Below are positions 8,837 to 18,942 of a stretch of 64,000 nt of DNA, one piece after another. Positions within the stretch are counted from its first letter, which is position 1. The number at the start of each line of letters is the position of its first letter. The translations under genes and the position numbers were made by a program. The notes beneath the pieces were generated by a model. It was not told the DNA's origin, ran no database searches, and saw only the letters and a program-made list of their open reading frames with translations. Source of the DNA: a virus. The stretch covers positions 16,364 to 80,363 of IMG/VR virus record IMGVR_UViG_3300025668_000798; one strand, given 5' to 3'.

Positions 8837-9517
8837 CATTTCATCTGCTTGCTTCTTGCGTTTTTCATACTGGTTTTCTTCAAACAAGTCTTCCCAATTA
8901 TCGGGTAGTTCAAAATCAACACCAAGATAATAGTCTTCAAATTTTTGATAACTTTGATTTAATACATTTACATACTCTTGATCGGTATAACTACCGTCCC
9001 AAGGTGCGCCTAATGCTAGAGTAAATTTTGTATCTCCTGATGTGTTGTGCATCTCGTGAGGCCATTTACCGCTCATTACAAATGGCTTATCTATTGCAGT
9101 TGGCGTTACACTGGTATCTTTTCCTATAAAGTCCAAGTCATCTACATTACCTTGCATAACATATCTAAACTTGTGCTGCGATGTGTTAAACATTTCAGGA
9201 CTACAATCAATATGTAATGGATTCTTATAATCATTAGGTGTAGTAATAATCATTATTCTACTACGTTGTTTTGTAATTTTGAATAGTACGTCTTCGCACC
9301 ATTGTTTTAGTTTAGGCATTTCAAATGCCCAAGGCATCCATTGAAATTTATCTTTATCCGTTGGATTATACATAACTGGCACATGCCAACAATTTCTATA
9401 TTCGTCTTGATATATTTTGCTAAAATCTAAACTGTTTAAATAATCCATATGATCTAATGGAGGATTTTCAATATCTAGAGGCAAGTATAGTAAGTCGTCA
9501 AATAATTGTTTATCCAT
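8819..9517 (-). CDS. 2OG-Fe(II) oxygenase (AspH/cupin-like)
   Basis: SRIMIITT...PLHIDC (HxD)...KWPHEMHN...KFTLALG. Start placed at ATG 9517, overlapping the upstream stop. Confidence 0.7.
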   Translation of the reverse strand: MDKQLFDDLLYLPLDIENPPLDHMDYLNSLDFSKIYQDEYRNCWHVPVMYNPTDKDKFQWMPWAFEMPKLKQWCEDVLFKITKQRSRIMIITTPNDYKNPLHIDCSPEMFNTSQHKFRYVMQGNVDDLDFIGKDTSVTPTAIDKPFVMSGKWPHEMHNTSGDTKFTLALGAPWDGSYTDQEYVNVLNQSYQKFEDYYLGVDFELPDNWEDLFEENQYEKRKKQADEMLSKNR

Positions 9518-10883
9518 TTGTATCTTTACACAAATCAAAAAAGTCACTCATTTCAGGAAATGCTTCTTTGAAGTTTGTATTCCTTCTTTTATCATGTTCG
9601 TTAAAGAAACGCCAGAAGTCAATTCGTCCTTGCATAACCTTGGCTGGATCATAGTTAGTACTATCCATATAATCTACTACCCGTCTAAAGCGTTCATATT
9701 CCATTGTAGTAAATGCATCTTTACGTTCGTCATCTAAGTTGTCTTTAATAAACTGTAAATGACTGTGCATATACTCCATGTATTCTTGTGGTAAAATATT
9801 TATATCGTACTGCAACGGCTCTTTCAAATAAGGTGTATCAAAACTCAGTCTATTCCATCTGTATGTTTCAACATCGTTGTATTTACGGCGCCATTCGAGT
9901 ATTTTTTCAAGTAGTGTTTGAAATGTTGTTACACTGAAAATATTAAACGTAATCATAATAGTCACAGGAGCATCAGTATTACGCATAAAATAATCTAGAT
10001 TACGCTCAAATACATTAATGTCTAATCCATTACGTATATACTCAGCACGTTCTCCCCAAGTGTCAATACTTGTAAACAATTTAAATCTGCGTATCTTATT
10101 TTGACTAAGCAAACTATTTACTGCATCAGTAAACTTTTCCAGCTGCTTCGGCTTGCCTCCTAAGTTACTATTTACATTGAGCTCAAGGTTTGGCTTAGGA
10201 TCGTTTTCTAATAAATCAAATAGTTTGTATGTGCTTTTTTGTATTGTTGGTTCGCCGCCTGTTATCCTTAAAATAGTTAATTCATTACTTAAATCTGGCC
10301 ACCATTTCCAAAATGCATCTAAATAAGGATTGTTATCTTCTTCATATATTTTAAACCAATCAATATCACAACGATGATTTTTAACCATATTGTATGGACC
10401 ATGTTGTTTAATTTCGTTGTAGTATCTACTGCTGGCTTTTGGATGGCAATAACCGCACTTGAAGTTACATTCGTTACCAAAGGATACTTCTAAATATTCT
10501 GGGTTAACATTAAACTCTGCGCCGCCTTGTTTAACAGCATTTAATCTTTTTTCGTTATAGATACTACTGCTACGAGTTTTACGATCACTAATATAATCTT
10601 CGCCCATATTTTCAATATTCCAGCAATATTGACACCCGCTTGGTTTTTCTCCACGCAGCATAGAATTACGTTCTTCAATTTTTTGTGCTGTATTATGAAT
10701 TGCACTAGGATTTGTTAAAATAGCTTGTGTATCTATTTTATGAGGAGCAGGATGATAACAACTATGTGTCTCACCTGTTTGGAAATATATGTTTGCATGA
10801 TACCATTTAGCAAAACAAAATGTAGGAGATATTTGTTCGTCTGTATATTTTGTTATACGGACTGCTTCATCTCTTTCGCTCAT
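9510..10883 (-). CDS. Radical SAM protein with an N-terminal twitch/SPASM-like Fe-S domain
   Basis: FCFAKW...HSCYH...GCQYCW, then GNECNFKCGYC, ITGGEP, VNSNL and TSID. Confidence 0.9.
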   Translation of the reverse strand: MSERDEAVRITKYTDEQISPTFCFAKWYHANIYFQTGETHSCYHPAPHKIDTQAILTNPSAIHNTAQKIEERNSMLRGEKPSGCQYCWNIENMGEDYISDRKTRSSSIYNEKRLNAVKQGGAEFNVNPEYLEVSFGNECNFKCGYCHPKASSRYYNEIKQHGPYNMVKNHRCDIDWFKIYEEDNNPYLDAFWKWWPDLSNELTILRITGGEPTIQKSTYKLFDLLENDPKPNLELNVNSNLGGKPKQLEKFTDAVNSLLSQNKIRRFKLFTSIDTWGERAEYIRNGLDINVFERNLDYFMRNTDAPVTIMITFNIFSVTTFQTLLEKILEWRRKYNDVETYRWNRLSFDTPYLKEPLQYDINILPQEYMEYMHSHLQFIKDNLDDERKDAFTTMEYERFRRVVDYMDSTNYDPAKVMQGRIDFWRFFNEHDKRRNTNFKEAFPEMSDFFDLCKDTNG

Positions 10884-11800
10884 TTTAGTTCCTTGTCAAT
10901 AAACTTAGGATTTCTTACTGGATTTTGATAAACTGTTTTAAAAAATGTGCTTTGCCCTGCTCTAAGAGGTTCTTGGTCTATTGGTGCTTGTAGCTCGCTT
11001 ATTAATTCGTCGCCCAAACGTTCAGTTTCTTGTTCAAGTGTTTCTTCGGTTACTTCTAACGATTCCCAATACTGGTTGAGCCATTCAAAGTCACGTACAT
11101 TAACAAAGTCCCAATCTGTACACATTGTTTTGTATAAGCCTTCTCTAGCACCATATACTGCCCAACGTCCGTTTTCGGCATCAGCACCTACCATTAACCA
11201 AATCCATAGTCTATGTAAATTTTTCCAATGGTTACGCTTGAAATCTTCTATATCGGGTCTAATGCCTTGATCGAGTGCCATTTTAACACCTTCACGAAAA
11301 CCAGCACGCCACGCTTGATGAGGTGTAGCATTGTTGTAAATATCGCTAAATGTTCCGTTCATTTGTATGTATTGTAAGTCCCAACAAAAGTCTACTTGTG
11401 CATGTGGATTGTCAGGATCAGCATTTTCATGTGTACGCATACTAAGTACTTTTTCTTTAGGCCAACATTTGATACCGCCATTGCCGTACGTCAAACCATT
11501 TATTTGATTTAACGCTGTCCAACTAATAACTTTGTCGGTTAAGTCGTAGTCACTCAAATCTGCTTCTTGACTTAAAAAAGTTTCACGTATTCTGTTATCA
11601 CCGTCAATAGTAATAAATCGATCTGTGTCACTCATATTAGCAGCAGCTTTGTGTGCTGCATCACTTCCTTCAACTCCATGCACCCGTTTAGCCCATGGAA
11701 CTTTTGTTAGCAAATCAGCATAATTCTGTTCTGCATTAGGTTCATCATATGACAAGTAAATTATGTCATGGTCTACTACTCTAAAAATATTATCAGTCAT
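10880..11800 (-). CDS. GT-A fold glycosyltransferase-like protein
   Basis: DIIYLSYDEPNAEQNY...KRVHGVEG...FITIDGD, YGNGGIK and AWRAGFREGVK. Paralog of 2354..3385. Confidence 0.7.
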   Translation of the reverse strand: MTDNIFRVVDHDIIYLSYDEPNAEQNYADLLTKVPWAKRVHGVEGSDAAHKAAANMSDTDRFITIDGDNRIRETFLSQEADLSDYDLTDKVISWTALNQINGLTYGNGGIKCWPKEKVLSMRTHENADPDNPHAQVDFCWDLQYIQMNGTFSDIYNNATPHQAWRAGFREGVKMALDQGIRPDIEDFKRNHWKNLHRLWIWLMVGADAENGRWAVYGAREGLYKTMCTDWDFVNVRDFEWLNQYWESLEVTEETLEQETERLGDELISELQAPIDQEPLRAGQSTFFKTVYQNPVRNPKFIDKELK

Positions 11801-12353
11801 TTATTACCTCGTGTGCGTAAGATCCAAACTTTTTTACAGTATAAACGCTAATTGGCTCTTTGTCAAACTCAAAGTTGTCTTGGAAATCAATAGTGAAAGT
11901 ATCTTCTTTAAAATTTAGCATACAATACAAATAATAAGGATTATTTTTCTTTGTGACACTAAAATTAGATATCATGTGATCCAAACTAACATTTTTTTCT
12001 TCAATTGTTTTAATTAGCTGTTCACTAAGTTTAATTTGCCATTTTTTCTGTACGTTATCTTGAACAATTGTTAGATCAGGTTCGTTGTCATTTTCAATTT
12101 TGTATAAAAAACTATCACTCGACCGTGCTTCAGTCCAGTAAGTACTATGTTTTAATACATAGTCTTTTGCAACTAAATCATATTCTACAGTATATTCATT
12201 TGAAGGAATTATTCCTTTTAATAAGTCTTGTACTTCAAATGAATCTACAGTAATGTATTGATCACTACTAGGTGTATTTTTAATTGATAATATACGCCCA
12301 TTATCGGCAAACTCAATATATTTTTTCGTATTGCTTCTAACTACTATTGGCAT
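11793..12353 (-). CDS. Hypothetical protein
   Basis: 186-aa ORF inside the glycosyltransferase operon. Confidence 0.7.
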   Translation of the reverse strand: MPIVVRSNTKKYIEFADNGRILSIKNTPSSDQYITVDSFEVQDLLKGIIPSNEYTVEYDLVAKDYVLKHSTYWTEARSSDSFLYKIENDNEPDLTIVQDNVQKKWQIKLSEQLIKTIEEKNVSLDHMISNFSVTKKNNPYYLYCMLNFKEDTFTIDFQDNFEFDKEPISVYTVKKFGSYAHEVIND

Positions 12354-12354
12354 C

Positions 12355-13194
12355 TTATATTCCTAAATATTTTTCATATGTGCTAATTATATTATTGTTA
12401 GCAAAATCTTTTTCTGTATAATGAAACACGCCGCTTTGTTTGTAATTTCCTACATATAGATCTAAATTATCATCAAGATAACTACTTACTCTAGTTTGCC
12501 ATTTTTGTTCATCATATTTTTCCCAATGTTGTAATTTTGATTTCATGTGTACAAATGTAGGAAATTCTGTCTTACTTGTAATACTATGCTCGCAATTTAA
12601 TATTTTTGCTGCTATTGCTGCACTTAGATCCATGCTACATGTTTTCTGATATGTTTTGCCACCAGCATGATTTTTATAAAACAATTGCCAGTTATTTGTA
12701 ATCATCTCTAGCCAAGTATAAAATTCTTTTGCTAATGGACGTTCCTTAAAATAATGTATACCACTATATAAATTTGGTAAATTAAATTGTGTAAATGCTT
12801 TCCTATAATAATCACTAGTTACAGTTTCTCCTCTATACGTTAACACGTTGCTGGTATAATATAAATCATAATTGTTTAAAAAGGCAAACCATTTACTTAA
12901 ATCTTGCAATACCAACATATCTGTATCCATTACTAATGTGTCAGCATAAGGAGTAGCATGATAAATTTTCCAACGATTACTAATTTTCCAGTCTTCGTCC
13001 TTGGCATGATCTTTCCAAGGTATTTCTACAATATGATCAAATAACTGTTTATATTTTTCTGGTACAGCATCATTGGTAATTAAAGAAACATTACTGTCTG
13101 GATTTGTAGCATGTATACTCATTGCACACAAACATGCTTGTTTTACATAGTCATCGTTGCTGTTTTGAGCAAGCAAAGTAAAATTTTTATCCAT
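12355..13194 (-). CDS. GT8-like (GT-A) glycosyltransferase
   Basis: YVKQACLCAMSI...VSLITND, YHATPYADTLVMDTDMLV (DxD) and FVHMK. Confidence 0.75.
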   Translation of the reverse strand: MDKNFTLLAQNSNDDYVKQACLCAMSIHATNPDSNVSLITNDAVPEKYKQLFDHIVEIPWKDHAKDEDWKISNRWKIYHATPYADTLVMDTDMLVLQDLSKWFAFLNNYDLYYTSNVLTYRGETVTSDYYRKAFTQFNLPNLYSGIHYFKERPLAKEFYTWLEMITNNWQLFYKNHAGGKTYQKTCSMDLSAAIAAKILNCEHSITSKTEFPTFVHMKSKLQHWEKYDEQKWQTRVSSYLDDNLDLYVGNYKQSGVFHYTEKDFANNNIISTYEKYLGI

Positions 13195-14011
13195 TAATAA
13201 TTCTCTCTAAACTTATTTTATTCATAATATGAACATTTTGCTTGTTTGTTTTTAACCCCGTATACTGTCCTATATGTGATTGTTTTTCTATAAGAAATAA
13301 CATTGTATCATTGTCTATATTATCAACAATGTCTCTATCTGTAATAAAGTATTTCTTACCTGGAAGCGAAGCTATTTTTAGTTCATCTGTAAAACCATTC
13401 AATGTGTGAGCAGCAATACTAAAAGCAAAATCGTTTCTATACAAAGGAGATATTATTTGATATAGACTTTTATAGTGTGTATAATTTTCTCTAACATGTT
13501 TTACTAAGTCAAAGAAACATTGTGCTTGCTTGCACTTTTTAAAGTAAACAACTGTGGCCCAATAAAATTTTATACTTGTATCAGTTACCCTATCAAATTC
13601 TGTTAACTTTCTCCAATGACACAAATCTACAGCATTGCTATACATCATTAGATTTTGATTAGATCCAAAGCAGTTGTTTAAACTATCGTTGGCAAGTATA
13701 AAATCAGTGTCCATTACAATAGTTTCGTCAAACGGTGATAAATCATATGCATTATATCTATCAGCATTATTAAAATTTGACATCGAAGAAGCCATATTAC
13801 CATCGCGAAACTTTCGACTATTTTCAGATACACTTGGTTCTAATTTAATAACATGCTCAAAAAAATCAATACGTGAATCATCTGTCATATCAGTAGCAAT
13901 TGCAACCGGAACATCTAAATACTTTTTAATACGTTCTGCACAATATATAGCTTGTTTAATATAATCTAATGCTTTGTTTTTTTTGGCAAAAAGTAAAACG
14001 CCTTTGCTCAT
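13187..14011 (-). CDS. GT8-like (GT-A) glycosyltransferase
   Basis: YIKQAIYCAERI...VAIATD, YDLSPFDETIVMDTDFIL (DxD), RNDFAFSIA and VHIMNK. Tandem paralog of 12355..13194. Confidence 0.75.
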   Translation of the reverse strand: MSKGVLLFAKKNKALDYIKQAIYCAERIKKYLDVPVAIATDMTDDSRIDFFEHVIKLEPSVSENSRKFRDGNMASSMSNFNNADRYNAYDLSPFDETIVMDTDFILANDSLNNCFGSNQNLMMYSNAVDLCHWRKLTEFDRVTDTSIKFYWATVVYFKKCKQAQCFFDLVKHVRENYTHYKSLYQIISPLYRNDFAFSIAAHTLNGFTDELKIASLPGKKYFITDRDIVDNIDNDTMLFLIEKQSHIGQYTGLKTNKQNVHIMNKISLERIING

Positions 14012-14355
14012 AAATCTAGTATACCTTCAACACTTCTTTTGCTTTTTATTTTGTTGTATTCAACAAAGTATTCATTAGATGCTGTAAAATATGTATTTAA
14101 AATATTTTGATAGAAATCTTCTAAATTTGCAATCTCAACAGGAATATCATTATCGTCGCTGATAATCACAGACTGCTGATCACTATCAATTAAACTTTTG
14201 ATAAAATTAATCAACTCTCGCGATACTGTAAAGGTTGCGCCGTTAAAATAGTACACAAGATTTTCGTAATACTTTTCTTTTAAAATGCGTGTTTGATTGT
14301 TTAATGTAACCATATAGTTACTAATATCTAATGCTTTTTCAAGCCGCTCGTCCAT
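14008..14355 (-). CDS. Hypothetical protein (first gene of the glycosyltransferase operon)
   Basis: 115-aa ORF with a GGAGG RBS and an upstream promoter. Confidence 0.75.
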   Translation of the reverse strand: MDERLEKALDISNYMVTLNNQTRILKEKYYENLVYYFNGATFTVSRELINFIKSLIDSDQQSVIISDDNDIPVEIANLEDFYQNILNTYFTASNEYFVEYNKIKSKRSVEGILDL

Positions 14356-14378
14356 AAAAAACCTCCATATATACTGCT

Positions 14379-14407
14379 AGTATATATTATTGTTAGATAA
14401 TTGTCAA
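14379..14407 (-). promoter_or_regulatory. Sigma70-like promoter (TTGACA-17-TATACT)
   Basis: The minus strand reads TTGACA attatctaacaataata TATACT, upstream of 14355. Confidence 0.75.
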
Positions 14408-14418
14408 CCGATATATGA

Positions 14419-15477
14419 TTAAGTTACACTAGGACCGTTTGACGAAAAGCCAGGTCTGATTGCGTTACCGCCTAATGTAAAATCAGTGTCCGTAGTACCG
14501 TCATTTAATGTAATAGTACTATCAGGATAATATTGAGTCCATGTAATTTGTACGTTAGCAGTAACAGGTTCATCTACTGGAGTACTTTCAGGACCATCGG
14601 CAGGATCACCTGTGCCTGCATCGTTATCGTTTAATCTTACTTGTAAAGTTACACGATTAAAACTATCAATAACTGCTAATCTTATTTCAATTTGGTTATC
14701 ATTGTAAATGCTTCCTGCACCAATTTTTGTGTACTTGGTAGTTAGAGCTATATCGTCAGTAATATTAGGAGTGGCTGTAATCGAGCCTGTTCCACTGTTA
14801 CTTAAACTCTCTACTACCCATTCCCATCCGGTGCCTGCAGAATCAGGACGAACATATAATCTTACTGTACCCATATTTGATGCCATTGTTTGCCAGTTTA
14901 AGTTTTTTTCATAACTAGCTTGTCCTACACTACCAATAGCATCAATATCAATATTTACACGTAGTTCGCCGCCGAGGGTGAAATATTCCTCCATATCCGA
15001 TTGAGTAGACCATGTGAAAACGTTACTACCTGTTATAAAGTTCCACTGTGCAGTTACCTCGTCTATGTCTGTTACAACTGTGCCAAAGTCTCCACCAAAC
15101 TCCGTTGTACGTCTATCAAACGATGCACATGCATTTGCAAGATCATATAATCCTTTAACATCCCCAGCATCACCCCAATCTGCCCATTCAATTACTTGAC
15201 CAGTTTGTAAACCAGGATATGTAGTTCCGCTTGATATTGTTTTTATAGCTCCGGTTTGATGATAGTGTATAAGCTGACCTACACTGAATAATCTTTCGAC
15301 ATCTGCTGACAATACACTATCGCTAGTAGCAATATTATTGCCTCCTGTTACACTATTAGGAATGTCATTAGCACCAGTTCCGGATGCAAACCCATATTGA
15401 CCTGGTCCAAAATTGTTCAATAATATTGATCTAATGTTATTAAAATCTGCTGCACTAATCGAACTGCCTACGGCCAT
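14419..15477 (-). CDS. Virion structural (tail fibre/baseplate-associated) protein
   Basis: Paralog of 16477..17373, sharing F..GG.I/L, W.TM.SN.G.V, GSIY..N..EI and GTDP..GP..DE.V. Start placed at ATG 15477 after GGTGGAG. Confidence 0.65.
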   Translation of the reverse strand: MAVGSSISAADFNNIRSILLNNFGPGQYGFASGTGANDIPNSVTGGNNIATSDSVLSADVERLFSVGQLIHYHQTGAIKTISSGTTYPGLQTGQVIEWADWGDAGDVKGLYDLANACASFDRRTTEFGGDFGTVVTDIDEVTAQWNFITGSNVFTWSTQSDMEEYFTLGGELRVNIDIDAIGSVGQASYEKNLNWQTMASNMGTVRLYVRPDSAGTGWEWVVESLSNSGTGSITATPNITDDIALTTKYTKIGAGSIYNDNQIEIRLAVIDSFNRVTLQVRLNDNDAGTGDPADGPESTPVDEPVTANVQITWTQYYPDSTITLNDGTTDTDFTLGGNAIRPGFSSNGPSVT

Positions 15478-15543
15478 AATTGTCTCCACCTACTTTTTTA
15501 TAGTATAACTTATTTATCTGTGTTTTGTCAAGTGGTTAAATAC

Positions 15544-16506
15544 ATGATGCAACGCTTTGAATATCAAAAGTCACGTGATTTTGTTTACATAGATTGGGAT
15601 ATGAGTAGTAGATGCAACTATGCTTGTGCATACTGTGAACCTGCTGCACATGATGGTAAATTTGACTTTCCTACCATAGATAACGCAAAACTACTAGTAG
15701 ATAAAATTACTAAAACATATACAGATAAGTTTGCTGTATATAATTTATTTGGTGGCGAGCCAACTATATGGAGACAAATACCAAACTTTTTTGAATATGT
15801 AAAAAAAGCAAATATAAAAAATAAAGTACAATTGCTTACAAACGGCAACAAAACAAAAAAATGGTGGCTACGTAATAAAAATAATATTGATAGTGTAGTT
15901 GTTAGTGTTCATGTAGCACAAGTAGATATAGTTGAATTAGTAGAAAAATTTAATGCGTGTGCAGGTTACTTTGATATACATTTTCAAATATGCATGGACA
16001 TAGAAAATTTTGATTTAGCAGTTGAACAATACGATTATTGTTTTGCAAATTTACACAAATACATTAGATTAGATTATAAACCTCTACGTATTAGTTTGGA
16101 CCAAGCTGAATCTATGCCTTACACTAAAACACAAATAGAAACTATGAAATCCTTTGTAAAATTAGATGGAGTAAAAAAAGATAATTACGGCGTAACAATG
16201 GTTGACGAAAATAAAAATCCTGTTAACTTACAAAAATTATTATTAGAAAAAAAGAATAAATTTAAAAACTGGGCGTGTTGGATTGGCATAGACACACTTA
16301 ATATCACTAGAGAAGGCAATGTTACAATCGGTAGCCAGTGCTTTCCTAATTTTGTATTAGGTAGTATACACAATTTAGATTTTGATATTCCGTATCTACC
16401 TATAAAATGTCAATATGAATATTGTAGTTGTTTAACAGACTTAACAACTAAAAAAATAAAAAATTATAATGGTAAATTATTCGAAGACAGTAATATTGTT
16501 GTATGA
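15544..16506 (+). CDS. Radical SAM protein with a C-terminal twitch domain
   Basis: SSRCNYACAYC, FGGEPT, LTNG and WACWIG...C...CQYEYCSC. Start is ATG 15544 or 15547. Confidence 0.88.
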   Translation: MMQRFEYQKSRDFVYIDWDMSSRCNYACAYCEPAAHDGKFDFPTIDNAKLLVDKITKTYTDKFAVYNLFGGEPTIWRQIPNFFEYVKKANIKNKVQLLTNGNKTKKWWLRNKNNIDSVVVSVHVAQVDIVELVEKFNACAGYFDIHFQICMDIENFDLAVEQYDYCFANLHKYIRLDYKPLRISLDQAESMPYTKTQIETMKSFVKLDGVKKDNYGVTMVDENKNPVNLQKLLLEKKNKFKNWACWIGIDTLNITREGNVTIGSQCFPNFVLGSIHNLDFDIPYLPIKCQYEYCSCLTDLTTKKIKNYNGKLFEDSNIVV

Positions 16507-17373
16507 AGGTGTTGGTATTTCAACATAACTGCCAGTTGGCCTATTTTGTCTAACATAGCTGGTTATATTACCGTTTACTACTTCGTCAATTGGTCCAGCG
16601 CCGTCAGGATCTGTACCAACAGATTCGTCAGCTAATACTATTTTAAAATAAATTACATTTGCATCTTTACGAGCAAAGATTTCTAAATCATTATTAGTAT
16701 AAATTCCACTACCTAACTTCTCATATATTTTTACATAAGTATTTGTTAGGTCATAAATTCCAGTATTACTTTGAGCTGAGCCAGAACCAGTAACTTGTGT
16801 ACCAGTGTAATCTATTGTCACGTTGCCAATATTTGATAACATAGTTTCCCAGCCTTGAGATTTATCATCTGCGCCAACTGAGGTCATTGTAAATGACATT
16901 TCTATATTGCCGCCTGCGTTAAAAAATGCGTTTAAATTATTTTGCTCTGCAAATGTAACGGAAAATTCATGAGTAATTGATTGCGGTGTACCAGTACCGC
17001 CCCAAGTACTTGTTCTAGAACTATCTATACCTGCAGGTTCACCTGTAATTTGAGATGAATCTACATCAAATCTATTAGCAAAAAGCAAAGGATAAAGTGT
17101 TTCGTATGCAACATATAGAGCTTCGGTAATTTCATTTTGATCAGTTACATTACTAATAGTAGCTGGCAAAGTGCCATTTTGATGTGCATATACAGCTACA
17201 TAATCATTGTATAGTTTATTCATATCTTCTGCATAAACTATTCTAGTCTTAGGTAATCTTTGACTTTCAACTGTTTGGTTATATCCAGAATCTCCCGAAG
17301 GTATTCCTAAAATATTTTCAATAGCTTCAAATAAAACATTGTATCTATATGCTGAAATTATCTGGTTAACCAT
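16477..17373 (-). CDS. Virion structural (tail fibre/baseplate-associated) protein
   Basis: Ser/Thr/Gly-rich, predicted beta protein. Paralog of 14419..15477. TAAGTA lies upstream at 17395-17400. Confidence 0.65.
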   Translation of the reverse strand: MVNQIISAYRYNVLFEAIENILGIPSGDSGYNQTVESQRLPKTRIVYAEDMNKLYNDYVAVYAHQNGTLPATISNVTDQNEITEALYVAYETLYPLLFANRFDVDSSQITGEPAGIDSSRTSTWGGTGTPQSITHEFSVTFAEQNNLNAFFNAGGNIEMSFTMTSVGADDKSQGWETMLSNIGNVTIDYTGTQVTGSGSAQSNTGIYDLTNTYVKIYEKLGSGIYTNNDLEIFARKDANVIYFKIVLADESVGTDPDGAGPIDEVVNGNITSYVRQNRPTGSYVEIPTPSYNNITVFE

Positions 17374-17397
17374 GCTCTTTTCCTTTGTATATAATAC

Positions 17398-18909
17398 TTA
17401 TGTTTTTAAAACACATTCGACTAATTTTTCTTCTTCGGCTTCGTTGCTTTCTAGAGCTACTCCAATAAATGCAGTTGTTTGTACTGTTGTGCATACTCCG
17501 TCTTCCCAAGCATATACACCTTGACCTTTTTTTACTGCACCTTTAACACGTACAGGCAAACGACCTTTTAAACCAATGTATTGTCCTTCGGCTTCACTGT
17601 TCATCATGTACGCTGGATCTGTTGATACTACACCAATAGCTATACTGCTAGACTTAGCAGGACCTACTTCATGATCTGTATCGCTGCATACTGCAACTGC
17701 GGTACCTGGTGCTAGTTCTTCGCTTGTTGTATATTTTTCTGCTAAGTCAGCATATCTAGCTCTACTTGCAACTCCGACAAATTCTACAGCATAAACTTTT
17801 TGGTCTGCGTCTCGTGCTACTACTGTATCTGCTGAACTTGCTGTTGTTGCGCTTACATAACTAGATCCTAATTTTACAGTATCGGCTTTATCTGCAATAC
17901 CCTTAAAATTGTTAGCCCATACAGCGTTCCATTTATTGGTTTCAATTCCTAATGTATAGGAATCTGTTGCGCCAGGTAATATACCTTTTCTTTCGTTATT
18001 GTTTATAACCTTTGCTATCACTGTTGCAGAAACATCTGTGTTTAATTTTGCACCAAGTCTAACTTCTTCGCCAACAGTATTTTCAATATAGCCTACATTG
18101 CCGTCGACAACTCTAACTGCTAAGTCATTACTATCCCCGACTCTCAATCCTACATCGTCAAAAGTTACTAGGCTTGTAAAGTCTGTTTCGTTTACTGTAA
18201 TATAATCAGCAGCAGGAATACCGCCTAAACGTAAAGTATCGCTTGTTGTTGCCCATATTACAGGCTCGTTTGCATTACCAGCATTAGTAGTAATACCATT
18301 TGTATCAGTATTGATTAGTGTGATACCTTTTTTAATTTTTTGGAAATTAGAACTATTTACACCAACAGGAACATTTGAATCTTGTGTAGATTTTAGAGTA
18401 AATTCTTCGTCGCTAATTATAAATTGTACATTATCGTTTACTAATGCTACAATTACAGGTTTAGTAACGCTTCCGGTATCAACAACTTCTATACTTCTCA
18501 TTTGAGTTTGTCCGCTACCTGCGGCTTGTGGCCCTACTAAGACAAAGTCATCTTGTGACGTTCTTGCATAAACTTGATTGGTTTCATTGTTAAACCAAAA
18601 GTCTCCTACTGTTAGCCCTGATGGTGCGCTACTACTTACTTCAGCACCTCCGGTATTTTTCCATTGATTGCCTGTGTAAAATTTCAACTTGTTTAATGAT
18701 GCATCAAACCAAATTTGTCCACTTATTGCCTTTGTTGGTGCTACTGTTCCAGAAAAGTTTTCTAACAAAAACAAATAGTTTTCGTTTTGTATTTCTCCGT
18801 AACCACTATAGTTCTTACCAACAAATTTAATATCTGTGGTATTATCAACTGTACCGTCTTCAACTGATAGCAGTTGTGTACCGTTAAATTTATTAATTAT
18901 ATATGCCAT
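17398..18909 (-). CDS. Tail fibre protein with a C-terminal intramolecular-chaperone/peptidase G2-like domain
   Basis: Shared N-terminal domain (GKNYSGYGE..NEN...LLENF...GQIWFD..LKFY). C-terminus YADLAEKY...IGVVST.PAYMMN...GLKGRLPVRVKG. Confidence 0.7.
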   Translation of the reverse strand: MAYIINKFNGTQLLSVEDGTVDNTTDIKFVGKNYSGYGEIQNENYLFLLENFSGTVAPTKAISGQIWFDASLNKLKFYTGNQWKNTGGAEVSSSAPSGLTVGDFWFNNETNQVYARTSQDDFVLVGPQAAGSGQTQMRSIEVVDTGSVTKPVIVALVNDNVQFIISDEEFTLKSTQDSNVPVGVNSSNFQKIKKGITLINTDTNGITTNAGNANEPVIWATTSDTLRLGGIPAADYITVNETDFTSLVTFDDVGLRVGDSNDLAVRVVDGNVGYIENTVGEEVRLGAKLNTDVSATVIAKVINNNERKGILPGATDSYTLGIETNKWNAVWANNFKGIADKADTVKLGSSYVSATTASSADTVVARDADQKVYAVEFVGVASRARYADLAEKYTTSEELAPGTAVAVCSDTDHEVGPAKSSSIAIGVVSTDPAYMMNSEAEGQYIGLKGRLPVRVKGAVKKGQGVYAWEDGVCTTVQTTAFIGVALESNEAEEEKLVECVLKT

Positions 18910-18942
18910 TGACGATTTCCTTACTCTACACTATATTTATGC

